NCBI GenBank assembly: GCA_010015805.1
Contig: ML978122.1
Span: forward strand, 1,770,453-1,834,452
Reading direction: 5' to 3'
Source of the DNA: Rhizodiscina lignyota
Taxonomy: Eukaryota
DNA length: 64,000 bases
Shown here: piece by piece, positions 38,056-51,091 of the stretch
How the letters are laid out: every line of letters begins with the position of its first letter
Numbering within the stretch: position 1 is the stretch's first letter
Notes under the pieces: model-generated
The model's input: the letters and a program-made list of their open reading frames with translations, nothing else
Told to the model about the DNA's origin: nothing
Databases searched by the model: none
Program-made: the position numbers and the translations under genes

Positions 38056-40187
38056 ATGAGTGACACTACTCAGGACGTGCCAAACCACGGCCTCGAGAAG
38101 TCCGAAAGGGAACAGATTGAGCTGGTTGAGAATGTCGAGAATGTGAAAGCAACGAACGAAATCCTTAGGACCGACTCCTACCTCGACAACGTCCATGTTC
38201 GACTTGGTTGGAGATCATGGATGGTAGTTGGGATAACGTTCTTTGTGTAAGCAGACGATCCCATACATCTCATACGCACCCAGCTAACGTGTGAAAGTAA
38301 TTTGACTCTTGTTTTCGTCGTCGTAGCCGCAGGATCGGTCATTGCCTTCATCGTCCGCGACCTTGGTCATCCCGGGCTTGCAGGATGGATCATTCAGGTA
38401 CGTGAGCCGCCTCCTTGGTACACGCACATCAAGCTAACGTAGAGTAGGCTCCATTGCTCATGCAAAGTGTGCTATGCCCTATCATAGGGCGACTCTCCGA
38501 TGTGGTCGACCGCAAGTATCTCTCGGCAGTGCAACTCTTCATTGGCTTCATCGGTTCGATCGTGGCAGCGAAAGCACCAACGATGAATGTCCTGATAGGA
38601 GGGAGTATCCTGATTGGAGTGGGACTTTCGTGTTTGGGCATAATCGTTGCCATTCCGTCTGAAGTTCTGCCGTTAAAGTACCGCGCAATTGCAAATGGGT
38701 CTAACTTCCTTGGCGGTGCATTTGGAGGATTGTGAGTATACATGGCTTTCGTTCGACCCTTGGCGGCTTGCTAACATTGTTAAAGTATCGGTCAGATGGG
38801 TGCTGGGGCCCTTACCACTCAGGGAGCTCACGGCTGGCGAAACATATTCTGGATTCAAGCAGCATTTTACCTCACCAGCACAATCTTGATGCTTGCATTC
38901 TACTTCCCTGCTCCGCCAGATTACGGGAAGATGAAGCTCTCGAAATTGCTCTGGTCCTTGGATCCCATTGGCTCAGCTCTCTTCATCCCTGGCACAACAC
39001 TGGTTCTGTTGGCCCTGGACTGGACCGGAGGGACGTATTCATGGCATGATGCCCATGTTGACGCGCCACTCGCTGTCGGAATAGTGCTTCTGATCCTCTT
39101 TTGCCTCTATGGTAGGCTTGCCTAATACTCACGGTTTATCGCGTTGTGGCTTACTGTTGTGCAGAATGGAAAGGGAGAGATGATGGAATTGTTGCGCATG
39201 TACGCTTCACACTGCAAGGAAAGAAAACCTTGGATGATACTCATGTGCACAGGCGCTGTTCAAAAACGGTCCGAACTTTCCTCTTGCAACATTCGCTTTT
39301 GGTGTAGAGGGGTGGGTTCACAATGATCCCTCGTGAGAGACCTCACTAATCACTGGAAACAGTTGGATTTTCTACAGCGCAGTCAATAGCATCACTCCAC
39401 AGATAGCGCTGAACCTCGGATGGGACACCACTTCATGGCAGATTGCCATCCGTCAGCTGGCCTATTATTTCCCGACAATGTGCTTCTCGGTACCGATGGT
39501 GTAAGTTGCTGGCTCGTTCAACAATAATGGTGACGCGCTAATGATTCCTCTCGCAGCTGGTATGCCACGAGATACAAAGAACTCAAGGGTCCACTGATCC
39601 TTACTTTTACTTTCTTCCTCATCGTCTGCATCTGCTATGCTACCATTACACCGAAGGAGAACCACGCTCAGTACGCCTTCTCCGTCATTGCGGGAATCGG
39701 CCAATCTGGGCCACTGACGCTTATCCTCGCGCTCGTACAATTTACCGCACCACACGCTTTTATTGCAACAGCATCCGGCTTCGCTCTCTCTGCACGAGCC
39801 ATCGGGGGCGCCTTCGGTTCCGCTGTTCTCGATGCAATTGTCAACGGAAAAATTAGCTCCACTCTAGCACCCCAGGTTAGCGAAGCAGCAACCGGCGCAG
39901 GCCTACCTTCAGGCTCAGTGCCTGCATTACTCGACGCTATCACTGCGGGAGCCGGATTCGATGCAGTGCCGGGAATAAATGCGACAATCTTAGCTTCGGC
40001 GCTTAATGCTCGAGACTGGGCGTATTCCAGGGCATATCGTCTGGCTTGGGCGAGTGTGATCCCGTTTGTTGTGCTGGCGATCATTTGTGTGATCTTCTTG
40101 AAGAATGTGAAGGAGCTCATGACGGAGCATGTCGAGGCTAGCGTGGAAGGCCCAGCAGCGAGAGAGGACGAAGAGACGAGCCACTAG
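38056..40187 (+). CDS. MFS efflux pump, TRI12/fungal trichothecene-efflux-like (many introns)
   Basis: PIIGRLSDVVDRK, SEVLPLKYR, GWRNIFWIQ, LDPIGSAL, YSWHDAHV, RAIGGAFG, AYSRAYRLAW. Confidence 0.9.
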
Positions 40188-40488
40188 TGGGACCTGTATG
40201 CCATGGTTCCCTGACAGGTCTGGCAAAGGTTCAGAAAGCGTAGCATGGAAACCTCAAGAACCCATTCAACATCGAAAGGCTCGACGTGAATTTCGAGTCA
40301 AGCAATAGCAGGGATCTAGATCAATAGAGGCCTTCGCGCCATTATTCCTGAATATTGAGTTCATAGCATATGCTGTCTCAAACGTCGAAACTCGAATTTG
40401 AACTGTGCCACAGATGAATAGTCAGAGTATGGCCCTCGCATGTTGAACAAAGGAGTAGGACCAATCCCCTGAAAATTCTAGAGGGGCA

Positions 40489-40718
40489 CGGGGGTGGCAA
40501 AATAGTTGAATCCTGTAAAGTTTAAACGTATTCAGTAAAAGCGAGGTTCCTCTTCAACGCTAGCGAGAGCATCTCTGAAAGGTCGATAAACTATATACCA
40601 GAGTTCATTTATCTAAGGCACGTAATTTCAGTGTGTATAACTTATATTAATCATCGAGGATATACATCCTCGTAGTTCTATATATTGCAGCCACGACTCA
40701 ACTATTTTGTCACCCACT
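40489..40718. mobile_element. ~230-bp MITE, copy 3
   Basis: GGGTGGCAAAATAGTTGAATCCTGTAAAGTTT … TCAACTATTTTGTCACCCAC; closely colinear with copy 1. Confidence 0.9.
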
Positions 40719-40799
40719 TGAGGGGATCGCTGAAACCAAGTTCGCCGACGACACCCTTCATTCCAGAAGGTAGTTCTCCGCCGTGATTGTGGGACAGGG

Positions 40800-41460
40800 A
40801 GTTGAGTTTCTTCGCCATAGTCCCGTCGCATGAGTACTCTGACCTTGTGATCCGAAAGATCCGCTGAGCCTTCGACGCCCCTACATGCAAATGGAATGAC
40901 TCTAATCACCCAATACGGCACCAGCGACGGATACTTGCGGTACCTGAGTGTCTGCCGGAGTGGAAGGAGCTCAACGCCCGTAAAGTAGTCGTATACGCCC
41001 ACCCCTCAACAACAGGGGCGGGGTTCTCTTCAATCACAAGCTACACGTGCCTGTGTTCGACTGCCCACACGAAACAGGACGCGCGGTAATGGACCTGATT
41101 TCCCAACAGTCGCTTTCAGCAGTTTCTCGGCCTCAAAATCATATTGTCGCATACCGGCGGCACGCTGCTGGCGCTGCTCAGACGGCTGGTCATAGTGGCA
41201 CAGCCCGGGCTAGGGGCTATGATGAGCGTCGACGACATCCTCGAGCAGACAAAGAGCTTCTACTTGGAGCTTGCGTTGTCGGAAGTCAAGAGGTACTCTC
41301 GCAGATTTTGCGGTTTGCTGGGAATCGGCACATCCTGTTTGGCGGTGATACGCATACGCAATGAATCCCGTGAGCAAACGCTTCACGAAGTTTATTGACG
41401 AATACAGAATACACGGTGACCTGGAAGAAATTTATTGCGGAGCTGCAGAAAACCATTACC
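40800..41460 (+). pseudogene. Amidohydrolase_2 / aromatic-acid decarboxylase-like pseudogene, 5'-truncated and frameshifted
   Basis: Motifs spread over several frames: LSFFAIVPS…IR*AFD, GMTLITQYG, ELNARKVVVYAHP, PVFDCPHETGRAVMDLI, KIILSHTGGTL, FYLELALS, RHILFGGD. Confidence 0.8.
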
Positions 41461-42018
41461 TAGGCAAAAAGGCACCTATGAGGTTTCAGGCGACGCTTAA
41501 GCTAAAGATACATATACTTTAAGATGTAGACCTGGTAGACACCAATTCTTTTCTGAGTGTGAAAGGAAAGAATACTTAAATTTAAAGGCAGGGAGCTCTT
41601 TTACCTAGATCTGTACAAAGATGAAGTGATGACGAGGAATTAGAGCACGAAGCATACTATCGCGCCGTAGACTTAGTTACGGTAGGCAATTAGATATAGA
41701 AGACAAATATAGGTCAGCATGAGGCGTATTAAAAATTTGCCATAAGTCGTGTAGGCGCCATATCCGAAGAGATTCCCAAATAGGTCGATAGGTCATATGC
41801 ATGGAGCTGAGAACATGGGATGTCGCAAGGGATATTGGCAGTCAATTCACAATCAAGCAATGAAGCCGTTGCATTCGAAGAAACAAATGGATGTGATAGG
41901 TGGTTGGTAGAGTCAGGGCCTCCTACCTCCTTAAGACATGTGGAGTGAAATTCACTTAACCCCAATACAGATTAGTCCGGTTTTTAGAGCGGTCACGCCG
42001 AAACGCCAGGGACGCCAA

Positions 42019-42024
42019 ACGCGT
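42019..42024. promoter_or_regulatory. MCB element (ACGCGT) upstream of CAC2
   Basis: Exact ACGCGT plus further TCGCGT cores within about 330 bp of the CAC2 ATG; consistent with an S-phase gene. Confidence 0.45.
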
Positions 42025-42347
42025 CCCTCCAGCAATTGCTTGCTTGCGGATAAGCTGTTTTCTGCACCTTGAACGGCCTCCACGGGAGCCTCGTTCCGTA
42101 TTCGCGTTTTCACTCTACGTGTGACACAGCTTTGCCTGCCGCCCACGCTCGAATCGCGTCTCCCAACTCTTATTTCGACTACCCGAGAGCTTTCAGCTTT
42201 CTCCGCACGCCCTCGACCACCGCCTTTTCTTCTCACCTTAATCTTCCATCCTGCACGGAAGCCTTCGAATCGATAAATCACCCCAGTACTGACCTCCACC
42301 CCGGCATCCCTTCGCCGTGAAGCTTGGTCGGACCTCAGCCTTTGACC

Positions 42348-45115
42348 ATGAAGGCTGCTCCGCTCCTTGTTTCCTGGCACAACGATAGTCAACCAATATA
42401 TTCCGCCCACTTTGAGCCGCATGGCAAAGGAAGATTGGCTACAGGTGGTGGAGATGGCAATGTTCGAGTATGCGCAATTCGATATCTGAGCCCTTCATTT
42501 TGTCTGACAAACGACAGCTCTGGAAGATAGACACCAGCGGTGACGACCGGAATCCGACTTATCTATCGACCTTGGTTAAGCACACACAGGCAGTCAATGT
42601 TGTACGATGGTGTCCTCGAGGTATGTAATGGCAAATATCGGTTAGCTACAAATTTTTAATGAATTCAGGCGAACTCCTCGGGAGCGCTGGTGACGATGGA
42701 AACGTCCTCCTTTGGGTTCCTTCTGAGAACCAAGCACACCACTCAGCATTCGGTGAAGACGGACCTGAAGATAAAGAGACATGGAGGGTTAAACACATGT
42801 GTCGGTCATTTGGCTCTGAGATATACGATATGGCTTGGTCACCGGATGGTGTGTTCTTCATTACTGGCAGCATGGACAACATTGCTCGGATATACAATGC
42901 TCAGACTGGTATGTCATTTTGAAATGTGGCAAAGATGGTGCATATGACTGACATCCAAAGGCCAAACCGTTCGCCAAATAGCCGAGCACAATCACTACGT
43001 TCAAGGAGTTGCGTGGGATCCGCTTAACGAGTTTGTTGCAACGCAGTCCTCCGATCGATCCGTACATATCTACACATTGAAGACGAAGGATGGGCAATTC
43101 TCGCTGGCACAACATAACAAGGTTGCAAAGATGGACCTGCCAGGTCGTAGGATATCTTCAAACAGTCCTGCTCCGCCGGATTTCACAGGTCGAGCACATT
43201 TTGTTACGGACTCTGGAATCCCACCCGGCTCCCCTGCACCCCCGTCAGCACCAGGAACACCAAACAGTTTGGCACTTCCGATGAATCCTCCTCCTACTTC
43301 ACATAGTCGGAGATCGTCTTTCGGATCATCACCGTCCATCCGAAGATCAGTATCGCCAGCACCATCTTTACCACTTCCCGCTGTGATGCCATCAGCATCA
43401 CCAAATATGCACGCCGGGCTTGGAGTTCGCAATACCAACATATACGCAAACGAGACTTTGACGTCGTTTTTCAGAAGATTGACATTTGCTCCGGATGGTA
43501 GTCTTCTTTTCACACCAGCTGGGCAATACAAGACTTCGAATGGGTCGCATGCAGATCCCACAAGCTCAGGTTCGGACATTATCAACACGGTGTATATCTA
43601 TACCCGTGCTGGCCTAAATAAGCCGCCAATCGCGTATCTGCCGGGCCATAAGAAGCCTTCAGTTGCTGTCAAATGTTCTCCCATTTTCTATACACTTAGA
43701 CAGGCACCGCCGCAGCCGACCAAGGAGATCACCATCGACACAGCATCTGCCGAAGAGGAAATCTCGGAACTCCCAGCTCCTGTGGTTCCTACCAAATTAA
43801 CAACGTCATCATCAATGGACCCCCCGCCACTGTCTAGCGCTCCATCACCAGCCGCTAGCGCCGCTGCAGCACCGTCACCTCGCCCAGTGGACTCAGATAA
43901 CAATACACCAATATCTGGACCACCTCCTGGCCCTCCCTCCGCATTTGGCTTGCCGTATAGGATGATCTATGCTGTGGCTACTCAAGACGCAATCCATGTT
44001 TATGATACCCAGCAGCAGAAACCACTTTGCATTGTCAGCAACCTGCACTTTGCAACATTTACAGACTTGACTTGGTAAGTAGGTCTGGAAGTATGCTTGA
44101 TAGCGATTCTGACATTGTAATTAGGTCGAATGACGGCAATAGTCTCCTCATGACATCTTCAGATGGCTTTTGCTCGACATTGACCTTCCAGCCTGGTGAA
44201 CTCGGTACACAATATCACGGTACTGTACCAAATTACCATACTGCTGCGGCCACAACAACATCGACATCGACATCGACATCGGCACCTCCATCTGGACACC
44301 ACCATCACAGCAATAGCAGTGGAAGCAGGCATGGCAACATCCCAAATGCCATCAATACCGCTGCTACGCCTTCTGTGTCATCCGCTCATTCAACACCAAC
44401 GCCCACTCCAACTAGTGTAAGCATGCCAACTGGAGCGGCAGCAGCGCCATCCCCAGCTGCATCCACATCAGGAGCTGGAGCAGCTACGCCAGTACAAATA
44501 CCACCCCCGCGCCCTACATCAGCACAGTCTTCAGCTGTGACATCAGCAGTTAATCCGACTGCACCAACATCCATCTTCTTCCCTGCTTCTCCATCTTCAT
44601 TTGCGCCAGCACGACCTGCTAGTCCAGCCCGTAGCATGTCGGCATCCTCGGTTACGACACAGTCATCATTCGTTCCTGGCGCCACACCGGCAGCCGCGGC
44701 TTCATTCGTCTCACATTCCTCTGCCCCGTCAAACTCAAGCACAGCAGCAGATGGTTCAGTCCTGAACAATCCAATCCCCTCTGTGGGTGCAGTACCTAGC
44801 GTCGCCGCTGCAAATTCAGGCCCAGTACCCGGGGCAGGTGGAAACATTTGGACACCGCCGCAAACTCCAAGCGGTGGACAGCAGGGGATGCACAGTGCAA
44901 CAAGCAGTATGAGTGGCGCCGTAGGCTCCAACCAGAACAACATCCCTGTTGGAGCTCTGACGAGGAGAGAGAGCGATGCAGATAGCGTGATGACGAGCGT
45001 GGCACAGAGTATCGAGGACTCCAGGGGAGTGAAGAGGGACGCCGAGGACACTAAGGAGGCGGAAGGTGGAAAGAAGAAACGAAGAGTGCAGCCCACGTTA
45101 GTGGAGGAGGGTTGA
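42348..45115 (+). CDS. CAC2: Chromatin assembly factor 1 subunit B (p60/Cac2), WD40
   Basis: MKAAPLLVSWHNDSQPIYSAHF, RLATGGGD, HTQAVNVVRW, EHNHYVQGVAWDP, SFFRRLTFAPDG, NLHFATFTDLTW; C-terminal Asf1-binding B-domain-like KKRRVQPTLV. Confidence 0.96.
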
Positions 45116-45650
45116 GGACGTGACAACAACAACTGGAGGGGCATTTTATTTCAGTTTCGATATCCCCGTCAATCCTTTCCTTTTCGTGCGTTTAGGAAGT
45201 TTTGCAGCTCATATAGCACGGAGTCAGGATCCTTTGAGCATGGTTAAAGGCGCATAAACTGCGACCTAGGCGGAGACGAACTCTGCTGGCTTTCTTCCTC
45301 CATCTCGGAACATCGGAGGAAGTTTACTGAGGCTGATGATAGCTTCACACCTTTGCAACAGAAGGCAATTGAAAACATCTGATATAGGTGTCTAACAGAT
45401 AGTAATAAATCATACTTACATTCTCAAGAGTGAACAAGACAGCTGGCTGCAAGGCAAGCTAGAGCACCTAAGGGCGAGCAGCTCTTGCACTTCGAGCTAA
45501 GGAAGACCATCTCTGAAAGCTTGGTCTTATGTTCATTGGATTTTATATGACAATGCCATACCGTTGAAGCATTCATACACCTTATCAATTCTGGAGGCTA
45601 TACATCCTAGCTATTCAATGTCTTGACAGCTGCGTCTCATCATTGTGGTA

Positions 45651-45962
45651 TCATGGCTTCCCAGGGGGCCATCCAGCAGTCTCCTCATTCCAGCCCCGGA
45701 CGACATTCCAGTCGTGATTCTGCTTTTCGGACATGGTCGGGTCGTAGCATTTGCACACCGCCTCAAAGGAGTCGCATTTCAATTTTTGTTGGAGCTCCTC
45801 GAATTGTGACGCACTCAGCGTGACCAGCCAGTAATGTTGCTTCTTCTCGACATTGAAGGGTTGGAGCAGATCCGGTGCGGTCTCGGCATTGGGATATACG
45901 ACGAATGTTGCACGCTCGCCCCGGTGATGTTTGGAGACTTCGCAGGACGGGATGTGTGGCAT
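45651..45962 (-). CDS. 103-aa protein homologous to the pro-domain region of the neighbouring subtilase (putative inhibitor/chaperone)
   Basis: Strong start context GCCAAAATG; FVVYPN…LLQPF…HYWLVTLS…CKCYDPT aligns with subtilase YIVYPN…LLGTF…NYWTLPLT…CDTSCFDPS; no signal peptide. Confidence 0.7.
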   Translation of the reverse strand: MPHIPSCEVSKHHRGERATFVVYPNAETAPDLLQPFNVEKKQHYWLVTLSASQFEELQQKLKCDSFEAVCKCYDPTMSEKQNHDWNVVRGWNEETAGWPPGKP

Positions 45963-47599
45963 TTTGGCGTTGATGTGACGTGAGGTAGTACGATATGAGA
46001 TGACTAGCCCCTTATTATCCGGACCCTTGCGGGTTTGGAGAAGCCTGGGGACGTAACTCCGTCCTCCTGAATGGAGAAAGTTATGCGTGGTTGGTATTTC
46101 CGCGAGCGCTTAAATGCTTGAAACTGATGGATCGGAGAAGCTAGGTTTAAAAGGGAACTTTAGTGGCCTCGAGAATGCTTTCGGCCGAGAAAGCGTATTT
46201 GTGGAAGCTGTCGCGAGTGGTGATGTGACCTCAGACTTTAGTTACAACTGAGGTTGAGATAAATATAAACTACTTTGCCTATCTGGGTAGGGGATAGTGG
46301 AACCAGGGACCGTTAGTCAGCCCGGAGGTGATTGTGATTATCGTGTCACAAGGCTGTGCCAACTCACATACGATAGCTGAGCCTGCCTGAGCAACTCAAG
46401 CCCAAGACTTCAAACAACGGGCGACAGAGAATTTGATATGGCCCGTAAGGACTTCTTCCTGTTCAGGTGCTCGCAGGCGGAGAAGGGTGGTCAAGGAACA
46501 TGCCGAGCGGCCGGCTGAGTAAGATCGTTTGATGAAGCTCGTGGCGCGCGGCAGATCCCAATCTCATCACCTTAACTCCACCATTCGCGCCGAGCGCACG
46601 TCGCAGCAAGAGCACGACGCTCGGGATGTTCATGCAATGTACCTGGTGAGCACGTGCCTAGGGTGTCCTGGATATTCGAAAGGAGGACCACGTCGCGCCA
46701 AAAATGGATAAATCGGAGGGCGCAGTTCCCCGGAACAAGACGCGAGATTCCACATCCTCTCGGTGACTCTTCCGAAAGGATTATTAACCTTAAAGTTAGA
46801 GTACATGCGGGCGGACAGGCCGCTGCCAACCCCGAGAAATGCTGATGCAGGTGCTTCCTTAGTTGATCATTCAAAATTGTTTGGTTGGGGGCTATTCACA
46901 TTTTATGCTCGGACATACGACATCATTTGACGTGGTGGAGATGAAGGACGACACTTGCGAGGTGGCAAGCGACTCTCTACTCTCCTATCCTTCATCAGTT
47001 TGAGAGCAAGATTTTCCTTCCCGTCAATCTCCGCGCCTCAAGTATTTGGGTTGGCGTGAGTGGGAAATGAAAGTGATTATGCCGGATTTAATCACCACGA
47101 AGAGTATCTTCAGCGTGACGAGTCATTAGTGGTCATCGCACGAGGGATTATCTTTGCAATGCCTCCCTCACCACTACCATTTCTCACCTCTCGCAGTGCT
47201 TTGACAAATGAGAGCCTCCTAAGTGCTTCCGAAATCAGGAGTTTCGCGATACGAATTCTTCAGGTCCGTCCGTGGTACGTAGTACCAACTTCGTAACTGC
47301 GCCCCAAACTGTGCTGGGGAGCCGCTGATCGTGGCAAGCCTCAAGCAGATAACCGATGTTGTTATTTCTGTCACTTCTCTCTTTCGAAGACACTCCACAA
47401 TTCACTTGGTTGCTCTCGGCACAAGTTGAGAAAGAAGGCCCGTAAAATGGATCTATAATATTAGAAAGCCATCAGCAACGATCTTCTACAACTAACAACT
47501 GAGTCTTTCTTTTCTACATTCTCATTTTGCTGCTAGCCATTCGTTTTCTTCAAGCCCTCATCTTTTCCTTCTTTCTTTGTAGTTTGTTCCACTTCTACA

Positions 47600-50500
47600 A
47601 TGTTCCGGTCCATTCTCTTCCTCTCCGGAGTCGGGGCAGCACTTGCTCAGTCAGGGACTTTCTCAGTATCTGGCAACTCCACCTTCCATTTCCCTTCCCC
47701 TACAGGTGGCTCTGGAAGCTCTTCCGCTCCCAGCACCTCTCCCCCGAGCTCCTCCGTCTCTTCAACTTCGGGCTCTCCAATAACTAGCAATGGCCCATCC
47801 GGTGTTACGGTGATAACTGTTGCACCAGCCACGGATACCCCTACGACGACATTCACGGATACCTCAATCAGCATAAATCTGCCTTCCAACATCGCCACCT
47901 CAGTCATCGTCACAAACCCATCGAATCCAACAGAGACAGCAACCTTCACTAAGGAGACACTTCCGCAAGACGAACGATCCAATCTCCCACATATCGACGA
48001 TGCGGCGCCTCTGGCACTTCTTCTTTTCTTGGGCGGCGCCCCAACTTTCGTCACGATAACTTCTGCTTTCGAAATTGTCCTTCCAATCGGTACTCTACCA
48101 GCTGCATTCACACTTGCTCTGTTTCCGGACGCTGCCGACGTTCCTGATCCAGATGACGGTGACGATGGCGATAACAACAGCAGCAGTTCTTCCGATGAAT
48201 CTTCTTGCTCAACAAAGACCACAGTTTCTTCTTGTGTGGTTTCTGTATTCTGTCCAACCACCGTTCAGCAGAAGCGGGATAGCTCTTGCACTACGACGAC
48301 TTCCTGCGAAGCCACATCTGGCTGCAGTGTGACAGCCACTACAACAACCACAACAGTTTCCAGCACAGCAACAGCTTCGTCTTATATTGTCTATCCAAAC
48401 GATGGTACAAATACTGGTCAAACTGATGCGATTACGACGCTACTCGGGACTTTCGCCGACACCAAAGATATTGATACTTCAGACACCAAAGACTACGGTA
48501 TCAATTACTGGACATTACCGCTGACTTCAGATAACGTTACGGATCTGTCCAAGAACTCAGACGTAAGAATTGCTACATATCATCCACACGAGTAGAAGAA
48601 CTGATGTTTGATATGTTTCAGATTGCTTCCGTTTCACTAGCAGGTTGTGATACTTCCTGCTTCGACCCCAGCACGGCTATTGTAAGACAAGCAAACGCCG
48701 AAGACGGACTCGTTTTCCTTTCACAGGAAGAAGGAGAAGCATTGGCCGTATATGGTAAGAATTACTTTTACGATGAGAGCGCAGGTTCCAATGTCAACGT
48801 TTACATCGTCGACTCTGGAGCAACCATAGACCATGAGGAGTTCACTGGAGGCGATAATATTGCTCAACGAGCCCGCTGGATCTTTGCGGATCCGCAAGAT
48901 ACTACTCAAGCGGACTATGGCTATGGCAAGTACCATGGGACCTGCATGCTCAGCAGAGCTGGTGGACACATTTATGGCACTGCGAAGAAGATCAACCCGA
49001 TCGTTGTGAAGGTCAATTACCTGACAGCGGGGGCTCAGGCATTCGTTGACGCCATGGGTATGGTGCTTGAAGACATTCGGAACAATCCAGGCACAAAGGC
49101 TGTGGTGAACATGAGCTGGTAAGTTCTAGCTCTGCGGACGCTTGGGTTGGTCCTGACTGTACAAGGTTCTATCCATCCAATAAGGTGCCAGCTGGCTGGA
49201 TATCGCGCCTTTTCTTCCTCCTAAGCCAAATCGAGAGGGAAGGCGCATTCATGGTCACTGGATCTGGAAACAATGGCGCCGTATGTCTCACAATCAGATC
49301 AGTCTCTCAGATCTAGCTAACATCGAGCAGTCGTCAATTGATGGCTATCCAGCAAAGTTCGGGAGTGACCAACAAAATCCGCACGTCGACAGTCTGCTTG
49401 TTGTTGGTGCAGTTGATCCGTCTACGGGAGATATGTGGGGCGGTTCAAATTACGACAACGGCCTTAAGCTTCCCCACGTGTTTGCGCCTGGAACAAATGT
49501 CATGTGTGCGGATGGCATCAACCTCCCCGGACATGAGTATCGCACGGGAACCGGAACTTCAATAGGTAGGTTTCTTGGATATTCATGCGGATGGTAGCTA
49601 ATCGCTTCGGTAGCATCGGCAGTTACGGCCGGTCTGGCGGCCTATCTTATGGGAGTTGGCTCCCTCTCTAGCATAGCTGGTAGCCCGGGGCAAGTCAAAT
49701 CCCTTATCATGTTCGATTCCTGGAAGAGGGCTCAAGGCGGCCCGGTGAGCAACGGCCTCCTAGGCCTCTGGAATGGGATCAAGGTTTCCGACATACCAGC
49801 GAGCTGCTCTGCCATTGCCAAGCGTGATGGAACCGATCCGACAGATCTTCCTGCCGCTTGTAGCTGTACTTCTTGCCCCTCTAACCCAACCTCTCCACCA
49901 ACCACTGTCCCGACCACAGGGCCAAGCACGGCGCCTCCGTCATCAACTGTCAGCTCGAATTCCTCATCGATATCTGCTTCAAGCACGTCTTCGTCATCAA
50001 GCTCCTCTGCTCCGAGTCCAAGCAGCTCGCTCACTTGTGGGCCGGATATAACCAGCAGCGACTTTACGAACAAAGACGTGGCGAATGCAATCACAGCCAA
50101 CAATGGCGTGGAGAGCATGTGTTCGACCACTTTCGGCTCCTCTCAAGGTCCAAATGAAATTTCCTACAACACTGGCTCGATCGGCACAACCATAGAAAGG
50201 GATGATTCAAATCGCCCTCTTCAGCATTGCCAAGAAGGTATCAACGCCATCATCAACAGTTGTATCAACGACCAGAACAAGTTCGGTGGTGTCTGGGAGG
50301 GCGACGGCGAAACGTACAACATCACGAATCTTTTCAACCCGCCTTCCATTCCAGGAACAGACACATTCCCAAGCGCCTCAAGCTCTGTGCCTCCTTCGAC
50401 TTCCGCGTCACCAACGTCAACAGCATATTCTTGTGTCACGAACCAAGTGAGCGCCGTTCCAACATCCCTGCTGTCCAATGATGACCCACCCGTCACGCTC

Positions 50501-51091
50501 AGCCCCAATGATCTACTCTACCGTCTCCGCCAAGTCGTTTGCGGCGAAGAATGTGGCTCCCTTCCATCTGGTGTTCCTTCCGCAGACGTCTCAACAGGCC
50601 AAGACGGCGACAAATGTGGCCTCGCAGTCGCACTTCCAGGCAATGTCCAAGCGATGATGTACCGCGGCACAGCAGCCAACGGCTCCGAATTGCAGGAATG
50701 CTGGGACGAGACTCAGCACATCATCGACGACTGCATCAACTCGCAGCCCAATCTCGGCTGGGCGAACGGACCGGATGACTTCCAGTTCTACCAAGGCGGT
50801 TTCATGAGCTTGAATGCGGCGATGCCCGGTAGCATCAGCTACTCGACGTTCGATGGATCGAATGTCATGCCTACCCCGACGCCTACTACAGTGTCGTGTC
50901 CAGATGGGTGCACGCCGGCGGGAGGATCTTGTTTGTGTGACGGTGGCCCGGCGACGACGACTACAAGCTCGAATCCATACCCCCTTTGTACGGGTGTGGA
51001 TATTGCGAGCTTGACTTGTGATAATAACTGCTGTGGATTTATTGCTTGCCCGGATTGGTGCAACAATAACTGCGGTGGATCAGTTTGTTGA
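47600..51091 (+). CDS. Large secreted subtilisin-like (S8) protease with Ser/Thr-rich N-terminal region and Cys-rich C-terminal domains
   Basis: Signal peptide MFRSILFLSGVGAALA; catalytic VYIVDSG (D), YHGTCMLS (H), GSGN (oxyanion N), GTSI|ASAVTAG (S); exons 47600-48562, 48622-49118, 49166-49280, 49331-49565, 49614-51091. Confidence 0.92.

Noticed and set aside
44386..45144. 252-aa minus strand ORF (also 47647-48261)
   Set aside because: Antisense to low-complexity Ser/Thr/Pro coding regions.
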